Position numbers and translations under genes: made by a program
The notes under the pieces: generated by a model
Databases searched by the model: none
What the model was told of the DNA's origin: nothing
What the model saw: the letters and a program-made list of their open reading frames with translations, nothing else
Assembly: GCF_006345805.1 (NCBI RefSeq)
Contig: NC_042998.1
Coordinates: forward strand, 152,892,001 to 152,956,000
Length of the DNA stretch: 64,000 bases
Source: Octopus sinensis
Taxonomy: Eukaryota
Direction: 5' to 3'
Shown: piece by piece, positions 52,431 through 64,000 of the stretch
Layout: each line of letters begins with the position of its first letter
How positions within the stretch are numbered: the stretch's first letter is position 1

Positions 52431-53243
52431 ATATATATATAATATATATTATATACATAAATATACATAATCTAAAAATATTAAGTAGAATTTAAATTGG
52501 GAGATAGTTTGTAAGGCAAAATCATATCGAATAGGTAGTAATCTTTGTTTATTATGTACTAACGAATTTAAGGAGATATTATTAACTAATAATAAAATTT
52601 TAGTTAATTCCCTCGACAAAAGAAAAATTAAATGTAAACATAAATTAAATTACTTACATAATAAGTTTAGCTAATTTTGTAGTAGTAAAATGTGTATAAA
52701 TTAGCACGAGATTATATAGTGTATACTACATAATTAGAAGAAGTTGAAAATTAGATGTTTATAAAATAAATAAATTAATGAAAATAGATTAAATTATAGA
52801 ATTTTAGCTTAATTTATGTTTATTATATTATGTATTTCACGTATTTAGTATTTAAATTATTTAGACTTTACAATTTTTCCAGTTATTAGTATATTAAAGT
52901 TAATTTTTTCCTTATTCTTACAGCTAAAATACATTTGTAATTTTAATAGCTAAAATACATATTTCTATCTATTTATTCTATAATTTTTATTTATGCCATA
53001 GTTTCACATGATATATTTCTTATATTTCCCATAAACGGTAAGTTAGACGTTTTACGCTTAAATTGTTAGTTAATGAAAATCCTTCGACAAGATAAGTTAT
53101 ATTTTTATTTTAATAAATATTGTTAAATGCTTTTCGACTATTTATAGTTAATATGTATTTTTAAATATATTTATTTCATAATTAGTATAAGTTAAGAAAA
53201 GTACATTTATTTTATTATCATTTTTTTAATTATTTACTATCTT

Positions 53244-53364
53244 ACACCTGATGAGTGACTATATTTTTAAATAGAATTAATTTTTAGTTTGATTTAATGT
53301 TGAATCAAACTGGTTTTATTATTATTATCTATTTGAAAATATAGCAATGAAACGTGCATAGTCT
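53244..53364 (+). ncRNA. Decayed hammerhead motif with very long helix II
   Basis: CTGATGA 53248-53254; tgactatatttttaaataga/tctatttgaaaatatagca stem with a nested agtttgatt/aatcaaact hairpin; GAAAC 53349-53353. Confidence 0.5.
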
Positions 53365-53499
53365 TTTTATTACTATTTACTAGTATACGTTTTCTATATG
53401 GTGTGAATAACATCTTTCGTTATTGAATTGTTTAATAGTGGTTTTTCTCTAAATTACATACATATATAAAATACATATATAATAAATGATATATAACAC

Positions 53500-53552
<53 letters not shown>

Positions 53553-53587
53553 TATAACACATATACATAATAAATATATATATATAT

Positions 53588-53940
53588 ACTCGTTTACTCT
53601 TTTTTACTCTTTTACTTGTTTCAGTCATTTGACTGCGGCCAGGCTGGAGCACCGCCTTTTAGTCGATCAAATCGACCACAGGACTTATTCTTTGTAAGCC
53701 CAGTACTTATTCTATCGGTCTCTTTTGCTGAACCGCTAGGTGACGGGGATGTAAACACACCAGCATCGGTTGTCAAGCAATGCTAGGGGGACAGACACAG
53801 ACACACAAACACACACACGCACACATATATATATATATATACATATATACGACAGCCTTCTTTCAGTTTCTGTCTACCAAATCCACTCACAAGGCATTGG
53901 TTGGCCCGGGGCTATAGCAGAAGACACTTGCCCAAGATGC

Positions 53941-53945
<5 letters not shown>
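53588..53945 (-). mobile_element. tRNA-derived SINE, head truncated
   Basis: Reverse-complement match to the 16031 SINE. Confidence 0.85.
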
Positions 53946-53985
<40 letters not shown>

Positions 53986-54023
53986 CATATATACATAATA
54001 AATTATATATATATGAAACATAT

Positions 54024-54418
54024 TACTCTCTTTTACTTGTTTCAGTCATTTGACAGTGGCCATGCTGGAGCACTGCCTTAGTCGAGCAAATCGACCCCAG
54101 AACTTATTCTTTGTAAGCCTAGTACTTATTCTATCGGACCTTTTTGCCAAACTGCTAAGTTACGGGGACATAAACACACCAGCATAGGTTGTCAAGCGAT
54201 GTTGGGGAGGGACAACCACACACACACAAACATATACACACACATACATATACACATATATACGACGGGCTTCTTTCAGTTTCTGTCTACCAAATCCACT
54301 CACAAGGTTTCTGTCATGCTGAGGCTATAGTAGAAGACACTTTCCCAAGGTGCCACACAATGGGATTGAGCCTGGAACCATGGAGTTCATAAGCAAGTTA
54401 CTTACCACATAGCCACTG
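54024..54418 (-). mobile_element. tRNA-derived SINE
   Basis: Reverse-complement match to the 16031 SINE. Confidence 0.85.
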
Positions 54419-54457
54419 ATATGCCTATATATATATATATATATAATATATATATAT

Positions 54458-55530
54458 ATCATCATCACCATCATTTAACGTCCGTTTTCCGCGCTAGCAC
54501 GGGTTGGACGGTTTCGACCGGGGTCTGGGGAGCTAGGGACTGCCCCAGGCTCCAGTCTAGTCTGGCAGTGTTTCTACAGCTGGATGCCTTTCCTAACGCC
54601 AACCACTCCGCGAGTGTAGTGGGTGTTTTTTACGTGCCACCTGCACAGGTGCCAGAGGGGTCTGGCATCGGCCACGTTCGGATGGTGCTTTTTATGTGGG
54701 GGGGGGGTGCAGAAATATAGGGGAGCACCAGTGGGGAGGGGTGGTTCAGAGAAATGATGACAGGTTCTAGGCAAGTAGAACGTAGGATATCAAGAGAGGG
54801 GTAATGCATGGTGAAATAGCGTATTGAAGAGGGGGGTTCGAAGAGTAGACACCTATAATGGTGGTGGGAGAAGCGACATCCGGTATAGATGGAGCAAAAA
54901 TATAGAGATATCCGGTATTGGTGGTGGGGGTGGGCAAGGGCGGGTGCACCGGAAATATGCGAAGGTTGAACTTGACGGGCTGGCTTAAAAATGCTCTTAG
55001 CAATGGAAGGGGGGAAAGGAAGAGGGGGGATGGCAGACAACGTAAAAGAGGGAGAGAGGGAAGGGAATAGTGGAACCCCGCGAAAATGGGCCGCCATTGA
55101 AAAAAACCCCTGTATGGAGAAATAATATGCAATACGAGGCGAAGCTGAAAATAGTAATAATAATAATAATAAGCAAACTGTCTACCGAGGATCAAAGGGA
55201 CAGTACTAATACTAATAATAATAGTAATAATAATAAACAGCTCAACCACAACATTAGATTAGAAAGACTCTCTTATCTTGGGAACATTTCGTTCTTCGGC
55301 CTTACACGGGAATATGCGAAGGTTGAACTTGACGGGCTGGCTTAAAAATGCTCTTAGCAATGGAAGGGGGGAAAGGAAGAGGGGGGATGGCAGACAACGT
55401 AAAAGAGGGAGAGAGAGACGGGAATAGTGGAACCCCGCGAAAATGGGCCGCCATTGAAAAAAACCCCTGTATGGAGAAATAATATGCAATACGAGGCGAA
55501 GCTGAAAATAGTAATAATAATAATAATAAT

Positions 55531-55535
<5 letters not shown>
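54458..55535 (-). mobile_element. Composite: 357-bp tandem units (~1.6) + segment X + RTE 3' UTR
   Basis: Period 357 (atatgcgaagg at 54955 and 55312). X at 54715-54950 matches 41114-41350. Confidence 0.75.
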
Positions 55536-55617
<82 letters not shown>

Positions 55618-55619
55618 AG

Positions 55620-55828
55620 ATAAGGGCCACTATGAACAGCAGGCCCCAAGACATTGCCCTGTGGAACACCGCTTGTTATTTGTGTTTCCTTGGAGGGGGC
55701 TCCATTGGACACAACTGCCTGCTCTCTATCTGTTTTAACACCCAGTCATAGTATTGCAGGAGCTGTGTTAGGCAGCTTTACCTGGTCGAAATCCATGCGG
55801 GTGTCAGTCAGCAAGTCACTCTCTTCAA

Positions 55829-55835
<7 letters not shown>
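55620..55835 (-). mobile_element. CR1 RT fragment with internal deletion
   Basis: Matches 26330-26670 minus ~150 bp, joined at a taaaa(c)ag microhomology. Confidence 0.75.
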
Positions 55836-55893
<58 letters not shown>

Positions 55894-55909
55894 TTTTTTT
55901 TTCTTCTTG

Positions 55910-57410
55910 TTTCAGCTCAGAGCTGCGGCCATGCTGATGCACTGCCGTTTTGTGCTACACTGTTATTACGAAGAACCTCCTCTCATATGTGGCACTTGGT
56001 GAAGAATGGAGTTTCATATAGCTACTCTCATTTGCACCTCTTGTCGTGAGGTAGGTTCATCTGGGACTCTCGACAGGAAGATGTCCAGCTTTGATTTAAA
56101 AACCGCTACATCTACTTTGTGCAAGTTCCTCAGACTCTTTGGGAAAATATTAAAAAGCTGTGGGCCCTTGAAACCCAGGCTGTTGCAGAAGCTGGTCCTG
56201 AAGCGTGATGGCATTGCTGGGATCTTTGGCACTATGCAGTGTCGTCCTGTTCTAGCATTGGTGTAGCTTACAATGCCAAAATTTGGCACATTTCCTTTCA
56301 GGGTCTTCCAGATATATATTACTGCATACCTCTCCTGTCTTCTCTCCAGGGAGTAGGGTCTTATCTGTTTCAACCTTTCCAGTAGCTGAGCTGTTGCAAA
56401 GAGATGATCTTCTTTGTGTATCTTCTCTGGATTGCTTCAAGGTCCGCTGCTAATTTCACACTGGTGGGTGACCATAGCTGTGAGCAGTAATCCAGGCGGC
56501 TGAGGACGAATGTCCGCCAGAGGACCATCATGGTTTCCTTATCTCTGGTTCTGAATGTTCTTAGGATCCATCCAGCCAGTCGTCTGCACTTTGTCACCAT
56601 CCTGGTAATGTGCACTTGGAAAGAGGTATCCTCACTCATGTCGATACCCAGGTCCCTCACAGACTTAGGCTCTGAGATTGAAATTCCCTGTGGACCGGTG
56701 TATCCTGTAAGTTTAATATTCAGTTTTACATGCTGGTAGCGCAGGACCTAGAATTATTCAGCATTAAACTGCATATTATTATCCTCAGCCCATCTGTAGA
56801 TTGAGTCCAACTCCTGCTGCAGGTGTGCAACATTGCTGGGGTTTTGAATTTTCTGTGAGACTTTCATATCATCTGCATAGCTTGCCAGAGTGGCTATCCA
56901 GGCATTTGAGAGCATATCTGAGAGGGCCACTATGAAAAGCAGTGGTCCCAAGACAGTGCCCTGCGGAACACCACTCACTATTTGTGTGTTCATAGAGGTG
57001 GCTCCACTAACCACTACTGCCTGAATCCTATCTTTCAGGAAGCCATGTAACCACACTCCAAGTTTTCCAGCTATGCCAAGGTTACACAGTTTGTGGCATA
57101 TCATACCATGATCCACCTTGTCAAAAGCTTTTGCAAAATCGAGGTAGATTACGTCCACATTTGATTTGTTGAGTAACTGCCTCAACAGCCAGTCAAAATG
57201 TTGTAAGAGCTGGGTCAGGCAGCTCCTACCTGGTTGAAAACCATGCTGAGTATCAGTCAGGAAGTTATTTTCCTCAAGGAATGCGATTAGTTTCCCTCTG
57301 ACTATCCGTTCCATGACTTTGGTGATGTGTGAAGTCAGAGAGATAGGCCTATAGTTTTTGGCATCTGCTCTACTTCCCCCTTTATGTATTGGGCATATTA
57401 TTCCCTCCTT
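55910..57410 (-). mobile_element. CR1-group LINE, 5'-truncated (same subfamily as 34006-38870)
   Basis: RT motifs NYRPISLTS and YADD, with a CR1-type tail. Confidence 0.92.
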
Positions 57411-57420
57411 ATTATATATA

Positions 57421-57479
<59 letters not shown>

Positions 57480-57483
<4 letters not shown>

Positions 57484-58345
57484 CGGCAGTTCAAGTGAGT
57501 CCAGCCCACTTATGCATGTCTTTCCTCTGTTGGACACACAAAGACCTGTGGAGGCAAGCGAAGTCGAAATCGAACCTCATCTGATGACAGGCACCCATGC
57601 CACCCTCCCTACATTGGACACTAAACTCTGCTTGCGAAGACCTGTTGGGGCAAGTGAAATCGGAATCAAAGTTGAACCAATCCTATGACTGACACCCAGC
57701 AGTTGCCAGGACCGCTGGACTGACTCCTGTGCAGGTGGCAAGTGAAGAAACACCATTTTACCCTGTGCTTGGGGAGATCCCAACATCAAAATCAATGGAA
57801 ACTGCAGTTGTGATCCCTGAGACGGTGGCACGTAAAAGCACCATCTGAACGTGACCGATGCCAGCGCTGCCTAGACTGGCTTCCGTGCCGGTGGCACGTA
57901 AAAAGCACTATCCGAATCGTGGACAATGCCAGCGCAGCCTTGACTGGCTTCCGTGCCGGTGGCACGTAAAAAGCACCATCCGAATCGTGGCCGATGCCAG
58001 CGCAGCCTTGACTGGCTTCCGTGCCGGTGGCACAGAAAAAGCACCATCCGAATTGTGGCCGATGCCAGCGCCACCTTGAGTGGCTTCCATGCCGGTGGCA
58101 CGTAAAATGTACCAATCCGATTGTGGCCTTTACCAGCCTCGCCTGGCACCTGTGCAGGTGGCATGTAAAAAACACCCACTACACTCATGGAGTGTTGGCA
58201 TTAGGAAGGGCATCCAGCTGTAGAAACACTGCCAGATCAGACTGGAGCCTGGTGCAGCCTTCTGGCTTCCCAGAACCCCAGTCGAACCATCCAACCCATG
58301 CTAGCATGGAGAACGGACGTTAAACGATGATGAAGATGATGATGA
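57480..58345 (+). mobile_element. RTE 3' UTR with ~6 VNTR units
   Basis: gaagacctg..gcaagtg motif, 60-bp units, (GAT)n tail. Confidence 0.85.
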
Positions 58346-58504
58346 TATTATATAATATATATATAATTACAGATTTTCTTAGATAAGTCATGAATTTCTT
58401 TTTAAAACAAGATTGTTGAATTATATATATAACTATATATATATGTATATATATGCATGTTATGTATATGTATGCATGTATGCATGCAGGCATCTCCCTG
58501 AAGT

Positions 58505-58805
58505 GCTTTAGTCAAAGAAATCGATGCCAAGATTTATTCTTTATAAGCTTAGTACTTATTCTATTGGGTTCTTTCGCCAAACCACTAAGTTATGGGAGAC
58601 ATAAGCACACCAGCATCAGATGTCAAGCAATGGTGTGGGGTAAACACAAACATATATATATATATATACGTCTACCAAATCCACTCACAAGGCCTTGGTC
58701 AACCCAAGCTATAGTAAAATACACTTCCCCAAGGTGGCATACAGTGGAACTGAACCTGGAACCATGTGATTGGGAAGCAAGCTTCTTACCACTCAGGCAT
58801 GCCTG
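58505..58805 (-). mobile_element. Degenerate tRNA-derived SINE
   Basis: Diverged match to the 16031 SINE. Confidence 0.7.
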
Positions 58806-59049
58806 TGTCTATACATACATATATATATATTAGTAATAATTATAATGATATTGAATATGGAGAGTTGTTCATCCTCAAAATTTATTTCCTCTTATTTCAC
58901 AATTTTATACACTATACTTTTATGGTCATTACAACCTATATGTGTTTCTACTGCACAAATTATGAGCAGTTGCAGATGCAACCTGGCACCATTTTTGGTA
59001 GTTTCTTCATGCCCAATGTCTGACTCATCTTTTCCACTCGCCATAACCT

Positions 59050-59900
59050 AGCACAAATTCATAGCTGCACACAATGTGAGAACAATATCCCACTTCCAAA
59101 GGACCAGTGAGAATAGTAGACTAGACAAGAACCCATCAAAGGAAATATTGATAATACTAATCTGGATGAAAGGTTACAAACAGTTAATAACAGAAGGGAC
59201 CAGAATACTAACATCAAAATAACACACACTACAGTGAGTAGGGTAATAATCTGAGAATCAGTAGTAAAAGGGAAAACACAAACTGATACCCCAAGAAAGG
59301 GCGTGTGAATTGCTACAAATAACAGCACACAAACACCTATGCATAGAAAGCTGGGGAAAAATATTAGACTGATAGAAATGAGGACAGCAGAGACATCTAG
59401 CAGGAGTCATAACACAATAAATAATAGAAACAAGGAATTAACTGTGCCTGGGATGCCATATGCATGTTAGACTCAAGATGTTTGATGAAGAACCTGGTCT
59501 ATAGATGCAAAATCACTTCCAAGAGAAGGACATACTCCTATATGGGGGCCAGCTCACACAATTTCAAGAGAGATAGATATATAGATAGATGTAAATATGT
59601 ATACAATGGAATTAAAAGAATGGAAGAAGCAGTTCATTTAGGGATAGAAATAAGATGAAAAGTACAAGCCTAAACAAACTAATCTGGTCAATTAAAGACA
59701 AGAACCATAGCTATACTACAGAGTGGGAAATAATCAGTACAGTTATATGTTAGGGGAGTAGATGTGATCAATGTATAGAAGAATTATACCAAATATGTAC
59801 ATCAAGAAACAAATTACTTATTACCAGACTTGAGCAGGCCTTAAAATGCTTGCATAAACACAACAAAACATTTAAAGAAAGGTCTAAATAACTCAATGCC
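59050..59900 (+). mobile_element. Degenerate Penelope-like GIY-YIG fragment (Hydra-like)
   Basis: NCAWDAICMLDSRCLMKNLVYRCKI..YMG..NFK, STSLNKLIWSIKDK, RCDQC and CLHKHN reproduce the layout of the EN at 21330-21740. Confidence 0.72.
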
Positions 59901-60455
59901 CCACCCACAGTTGAGTGTGAAAGAGAGGATAGAAGAACATATCTTAAACTCAAAAAATTCATGGCCCTCCTTAACAAACCTAGCAGATATTCTATCCAAT
60001 GTATACTGCTAAATATTTTGATGAAGGTACAATAATGACAATTGTTATAAGAATGAAGATTATGAATGTGATGATAGTGACAATGTTAGCAAAGTTGTTA
60101 ATGATGCAGGTGTTTATAATGAATGTAATAGTTATGATAATTTAGATGACACCATTTATGAGGATGGAGTTGATGATAATAATTATGCTGGGATTAAAAG
60201 TAGTAATAATAATGTAAAGGATAGCAATAGTTATGATAAATATATCATGATGGTATTGTTGATAATAATGGAATTCATAGCTATGATAATCACATAGATA
60301 ATAATATTGATATTTATGTACAATTTATAAATGAGGAAGCAGCTTTACTGAACATGACAGGAATGTAATAGAGAAAACATTTAGCTGCTTAGAAGAAAAA
60401 TATTTAGAAAAAGACAAAGAAAATTGAAATCAATCATGCTAAGTATTAATGACAA

Positions 60456-60551
60456 GAATGGATTTACAGAGATTCCAAGGAATGGATTTACAGAGATTCC
60501 AAGGAATGGATTTACAGAGATTCCAAGGAATGGATTTAGATAGATTCCAAG
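60456..60551. repeat. 24-bp minisatellite x4 (gaatggatttacagagattccaag)
   Basis: Direct inspection. Confidence 0.9.
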
Positions 60552-60895
60552 ATATTTTGGATATACCATATATGTCATGCTGAAGATTTCTTACCTTCAT
60601 GGGCAGAATCTAATGACCTCACCCTACTTATACCCAAGACTACAAACGAAAGAAAAAGAAGAAAGAAACTTTAAAATTACTGCTGTTACTTTGCCTTATT
60701 ATTTGGGTTTGATTTTGTTGTTTTGCTTTGGGAAGTTTTTTTAATTATTCATTCTAAATGCTTCAACACAAATAAACAATGTTTTAACAGAAAATAACAG
60801 AAACACAAAAGCAGGAAAACTATTTAATGTTACAAATAATAACAGGAATGGCAAAGATGATGATAAAGAAGATAAAAATAAAATATTCATTTTAC

Positions 60896-60951
60896 CTGAT
60901 GTACTGCGGTTATAGTCAATCTCCGAAGCTGATTTTTTTTTCTTAGATGTC
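60896..60951 (-). CDS. MAP3K5: ASK1-type MAP3K exon, post-kinase basic and phospho-motif region
   Basis: Acceptor ttaatttctccattag, donor GTAAAA, 56 nt, phase-compatible with the previous exon. Encodes TSKKKKSASEIDYNRSTS (cf. ASK1 SSKKKK...EYLRSIS). Confidence 0.82.
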
Positions 60952-61806
60952 CTAATGGAGAAATTAAGAAAGAAATTAATGAAGTGGAGATCTTATTACA
61001 ACAAATACATACACAGGTACATATGTACATGCATTGTAAAGAGAAACAATACCAAAAGATACAACTAACATCAACTTAAAAAAGTGCTGGTTCATAAAAC
61101 ATCAAAATGGGAGTAACTAAAGTATTATATACCTGAGAACAAATATTAGTTTTTTACACAGCTACATAGCATCAAATTTTAGAAATAGGAAAATCTGATT
61201 GTGATATGAATTTCAAGTCTTTTATAGCAATAAAAGAACTGAAATGGCTATAATGAGTTAATCAAATCTATGGTAGATTCATTTCACTGGAAGGTTAATT
61301 CTACAAGACCATCTCAATGATAGATATGTACAAAAGAAATATCACCCACACAGTCATTTATTAATATTCTTACAATATTTTCCCCATTATAGAGCAGCTG
61401 GTTGAAAGAAGAGCAATATCAACTGATTCACTTTTAGCTTCATTTTTTGAGAAATTCTGGGTTCAAATTCAACTGAACTCAACAAGATAAATAAGAGTGT
61501 TATACCAGTACCAACTCATTTCTTTGCTTTTCTTCTATTTCAGCACATTGCTCTGAAGTAAGGAAGGACTCTCTCTGTGGAAGCAAATTTCTTCTAATCA
61601 TACTATACAGTTTAAAAAAAGAGACATATTGGCCAATATAGCTTAAGATATCCAAAAACACAGGATAGTCACAGCTGAAAAAACCTTGGTAATATAACTG
61701 CTCATTGACCTAATTCTTATTAAATGCAAAACCTCTACAAAATAGTTTTATTGTTGTGTAGAATGTAATGAAGACAAGAAAATAAAATAAATCAAAGTTT
61801 ACACAC

Positions 61807-61872
61807 GCCAAGAATTGGTGTTTACGTAATTCATCACAGGTGGCGCGTTTCTCAGGATCTGCTACAAAGCAC
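61807..61872 (-). CDS. MAP3K5: ASK1-type MAP3K exon, kinase subdomain XI
   Basis: Acceptor ttctttgttttag, donor GTGTGT, 66 nt (1+63+2). Encodes CFVADPEKRATCDELRKHQFL, which resembles human ASK1 CFEPDPDKRACANDLLVDEFL as recalled. The MAP3K5 vs MAP3K15 paralog cannot be resolved. Confidence 0.85.
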
Positions 61873-62241
61873 CTAAAACAAAGAATGATATATGTTTCAG
61901 TAAGATAACAAAAGAGATACCAGATTATTCTGATTTTATATTGTGATATGTTTCAGTCTCACTTCAATATTATGACATGATAAAAGAAAAATCATAGTAT
62001 TCTCTGAAAAGATATATAAAAAATATAGCTCTCCATAATGAAAACTCTCAACACATACTTTTTATGAGTTTATGACTGTTTTCCAGTTGCTTTCTCCAGA
62101 TCTATGTGCAGATTTGTAATTTAACACAGCAAAATTATGAAATCCATATCAATAAAACATTGTGATTGGTACCTCTAATAGTAATACTGCGAGATGGACT
62201 ATGCCGTTAAATGTCCAGAGACACGACTTATCTATTGACAG

Positions 62242-62724
62242 TGTAGTGACGTCATTTCCCAGTGTGCGTGTGCAGAACGTCATTCTTCAGTGTGCGTGTG
62301 CGGGGCTGGAACCTTCTGGAAAGGCCTAAGGAAGTTCCCTCATGCAAATGTGCTAGAGACTGGGGAAGAAAATTCTATCACGTTCCTTGTTAGCGTCGTT
62401 GACTTGAGACACGGCTATTGAAGAGAAAGGACCTGTTAAACGTGTGATTAGCCTATTCTCCTGTCCCAGACGCTTAGGATTTGACCTGCTCTGTTGCTGC
62501 TGAATTTGTTGTGAGGTTTATCTTACAAATGTTAAAATTCAGCCTTGCTATATCGAAGCAAGTGGATACCAATATACCAATGTACTTCTTTTGTAAATAA
62601 GAAAATAAAGAGTTATATATATTTTTAAGGTTGCGTTCTTGTTCCTGACTGGTAGTTTCTGGAAACTAAAGAAAGGAAATTGGTTGCACCCAAACAGTGT
62701 AAAGAATCAACCAGTTCCATTACA
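62242..62724 (+). mobile_element. 5' LTR (483 bp) of a Ty3/Gypsy element
   Basis: TGTAGTG...CATTACA termini, AATAAA at 62604-62609, and a PBS immediately after. Confidence 0.88.
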
Positions 62725-62725
62725 G

Positions 62726-62743
62726 TGGTGACCCCGATGTGAT
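62726..62743 (+). promoter_or_regulatory. Primer binding site, tRNA-Trp
   Basis: TGGTGACCCCGATGTGAT is 17/18 complementary to the eukaryotic tRNA-Trp 3' end (ATCACGTCGGGGTCACCA, recalled). Confidence 0.85.
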
Positions 62744-63468
62744 GGTCATAGTTTCTACCGAGTCTGAACCAATTAGTCAACCACCATCTCTGCCGCAGTC
62801 ATCATCATCTTTGCTTCAATTTTATCGTCGTTTTGTCATAGACACAGAGCGTACCCAAACATATTATGAAGACGCTATTGTAAACCAACGACAGACATAA
62901 CGTCATAACCAACATCATCTCCATCTACAAAAATTCAAGTGTACACAAGATACAGATTCTACTCATGCTGTAGTGTGAAAATCTCACCATGGAAAAACAG
63001 TTGCAGTGTATATATCTGGAAGAATATCTATATCAAGAGAAAAATATGCACAAGTGACTCAACTAATCTCAGCTCCGAGACTCAAATCTTGTATAGAACT
63101 CATTATCGTGTACTACATGAACTGGTAAAATAACTCTAAAGTAACTTCATTTAACACAAAATGTTGAGACTTCTCTCATGCTCTGTCGTGTTTGCATAAT
63201 TTTGTTTCAGACGCGACGAAGGTTGGTAAAATAAAAAAACAAAATGAATTTTTTAGTCTCTGTGCATACATTACAAAAAGAAAAAGAATAAAAAAACACA
63301 TTTTTTTTTGGTAAAATTTACACGTACAAAAAATTATTGGTTCAATTGCTGGTCTTGTTTTAATTTCTATTTATTTCTGTTCCTTTTTCCATTTGCGTCA
63401 GTTTAACTTTTCATTGTTATTTCCCTTTCCTTTAACAGAGTCATCTATTTAAATTTAAAAACTACAAA

Positions 63469-64000
63469 ATGTCTATGGCATCATCACGTGCTGCTTGTGT
63501 CTGCTCTGAATCATCTGCAGCCCCAATTGATAGACTTACTAAACAAATAGAAAGTCTCACCAAAAGGATGAACGCGATGTGTCGCGATGGCAAGCGATTT
63601 TCAAGATCGCATAGTCGATGCCGTTCTTCATCTCGTTCTACACAGTCAAAGTCCGGACTTTGACTGTGTAGGGATCACTCCAAATTTGGAGAGAAAGCAC
63701 ATAAGTGCATACAGCCATGTACCTATAAAAGATTTCAACTAGCTTTGGAGGAGTTGAGCACGTCAACTTCCTCCACATCGTTCGCTAGTTATCGTGCATT
63801 TTTTGTTAAAGATCTAGTGTCGAAGAAATACTTCATGGTAGACACTGGTTCTTGTTGCAGCATTTGGCCTCTGCGTCTCACAACCGACAGGCCAAAACGA
63901 TCTACTGTTACTTTGCACGCTATTGACTCATCACCAATAGCCACATTCGGGCAGATTTCTTTACGCCTCGACATAAATCTTCGTTGAGATTTTCAGTGGG
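63469..64000 (+). pseudogene. CsRn1-type gag C-terminus + aspartic protease, single frame, two stops
   Basis: RS-rich tract, CHCC knuckle CRDHSKFGEKAHKCIQPC, protease FMVDTGS. In-frame TGA at 63661 and 63985. Confidence 0.85.

Noticed and set aside
58930-59050. Minus-strand exon candidate (YGEWKKMSQTLGMKKLP..)
   Set aside because: No donor before the stop, no similarity to ASK1, and the flanking exons already join in frame.
61510-61545. Plus-strand microexon-like signal (ttctatttcag..GTAAGG)
   Set aside because: It is isolated and antisense to the host gene, with no partner exons.

Overview
Eukaryotic, AT-rich, repeat-dominated DNA. The repeat families (tRNA-derived SINEs, RTE and CR1-group LINEs, giant (TA)n/(TACA)n arrays) point to an octopus (inference). 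The only host gene I can support is an ASK1-type MAP3K (MAP3K5/MAP3K15 family) on the minus strand. It is seen as four short exons (61807-61872, 60896-60951, 28866-28911, 28265-28330) that splice in frame, with a ~32 kb intron between the 2nd and 3rd. The rest appears intronic and is filled with mobile DNA: three RTE LINE families, CR1-group LINEs (one near full length, with a Myb/SANT-like + CCCH ORF1 split by a piggyBac derivative), Penelope-like elements with C-terminal GIY-YIG (Hydra-like), five hammerhead-ribozyme motifs, about seven non-autonomous Helitrons, tRNA-SINEs, a repeated composite retroposon-like unit with tandem monomers, and the 5' end of a CsRn1-type Ty3/Gypsy element. Most long ORFs in the supplied track are microsatellite artefacts. 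There are no prokaryotic features or CRISPR arrays. TE boundaries inside microsatellites are approximate. All family assignments come from motif recognition, not database searches.
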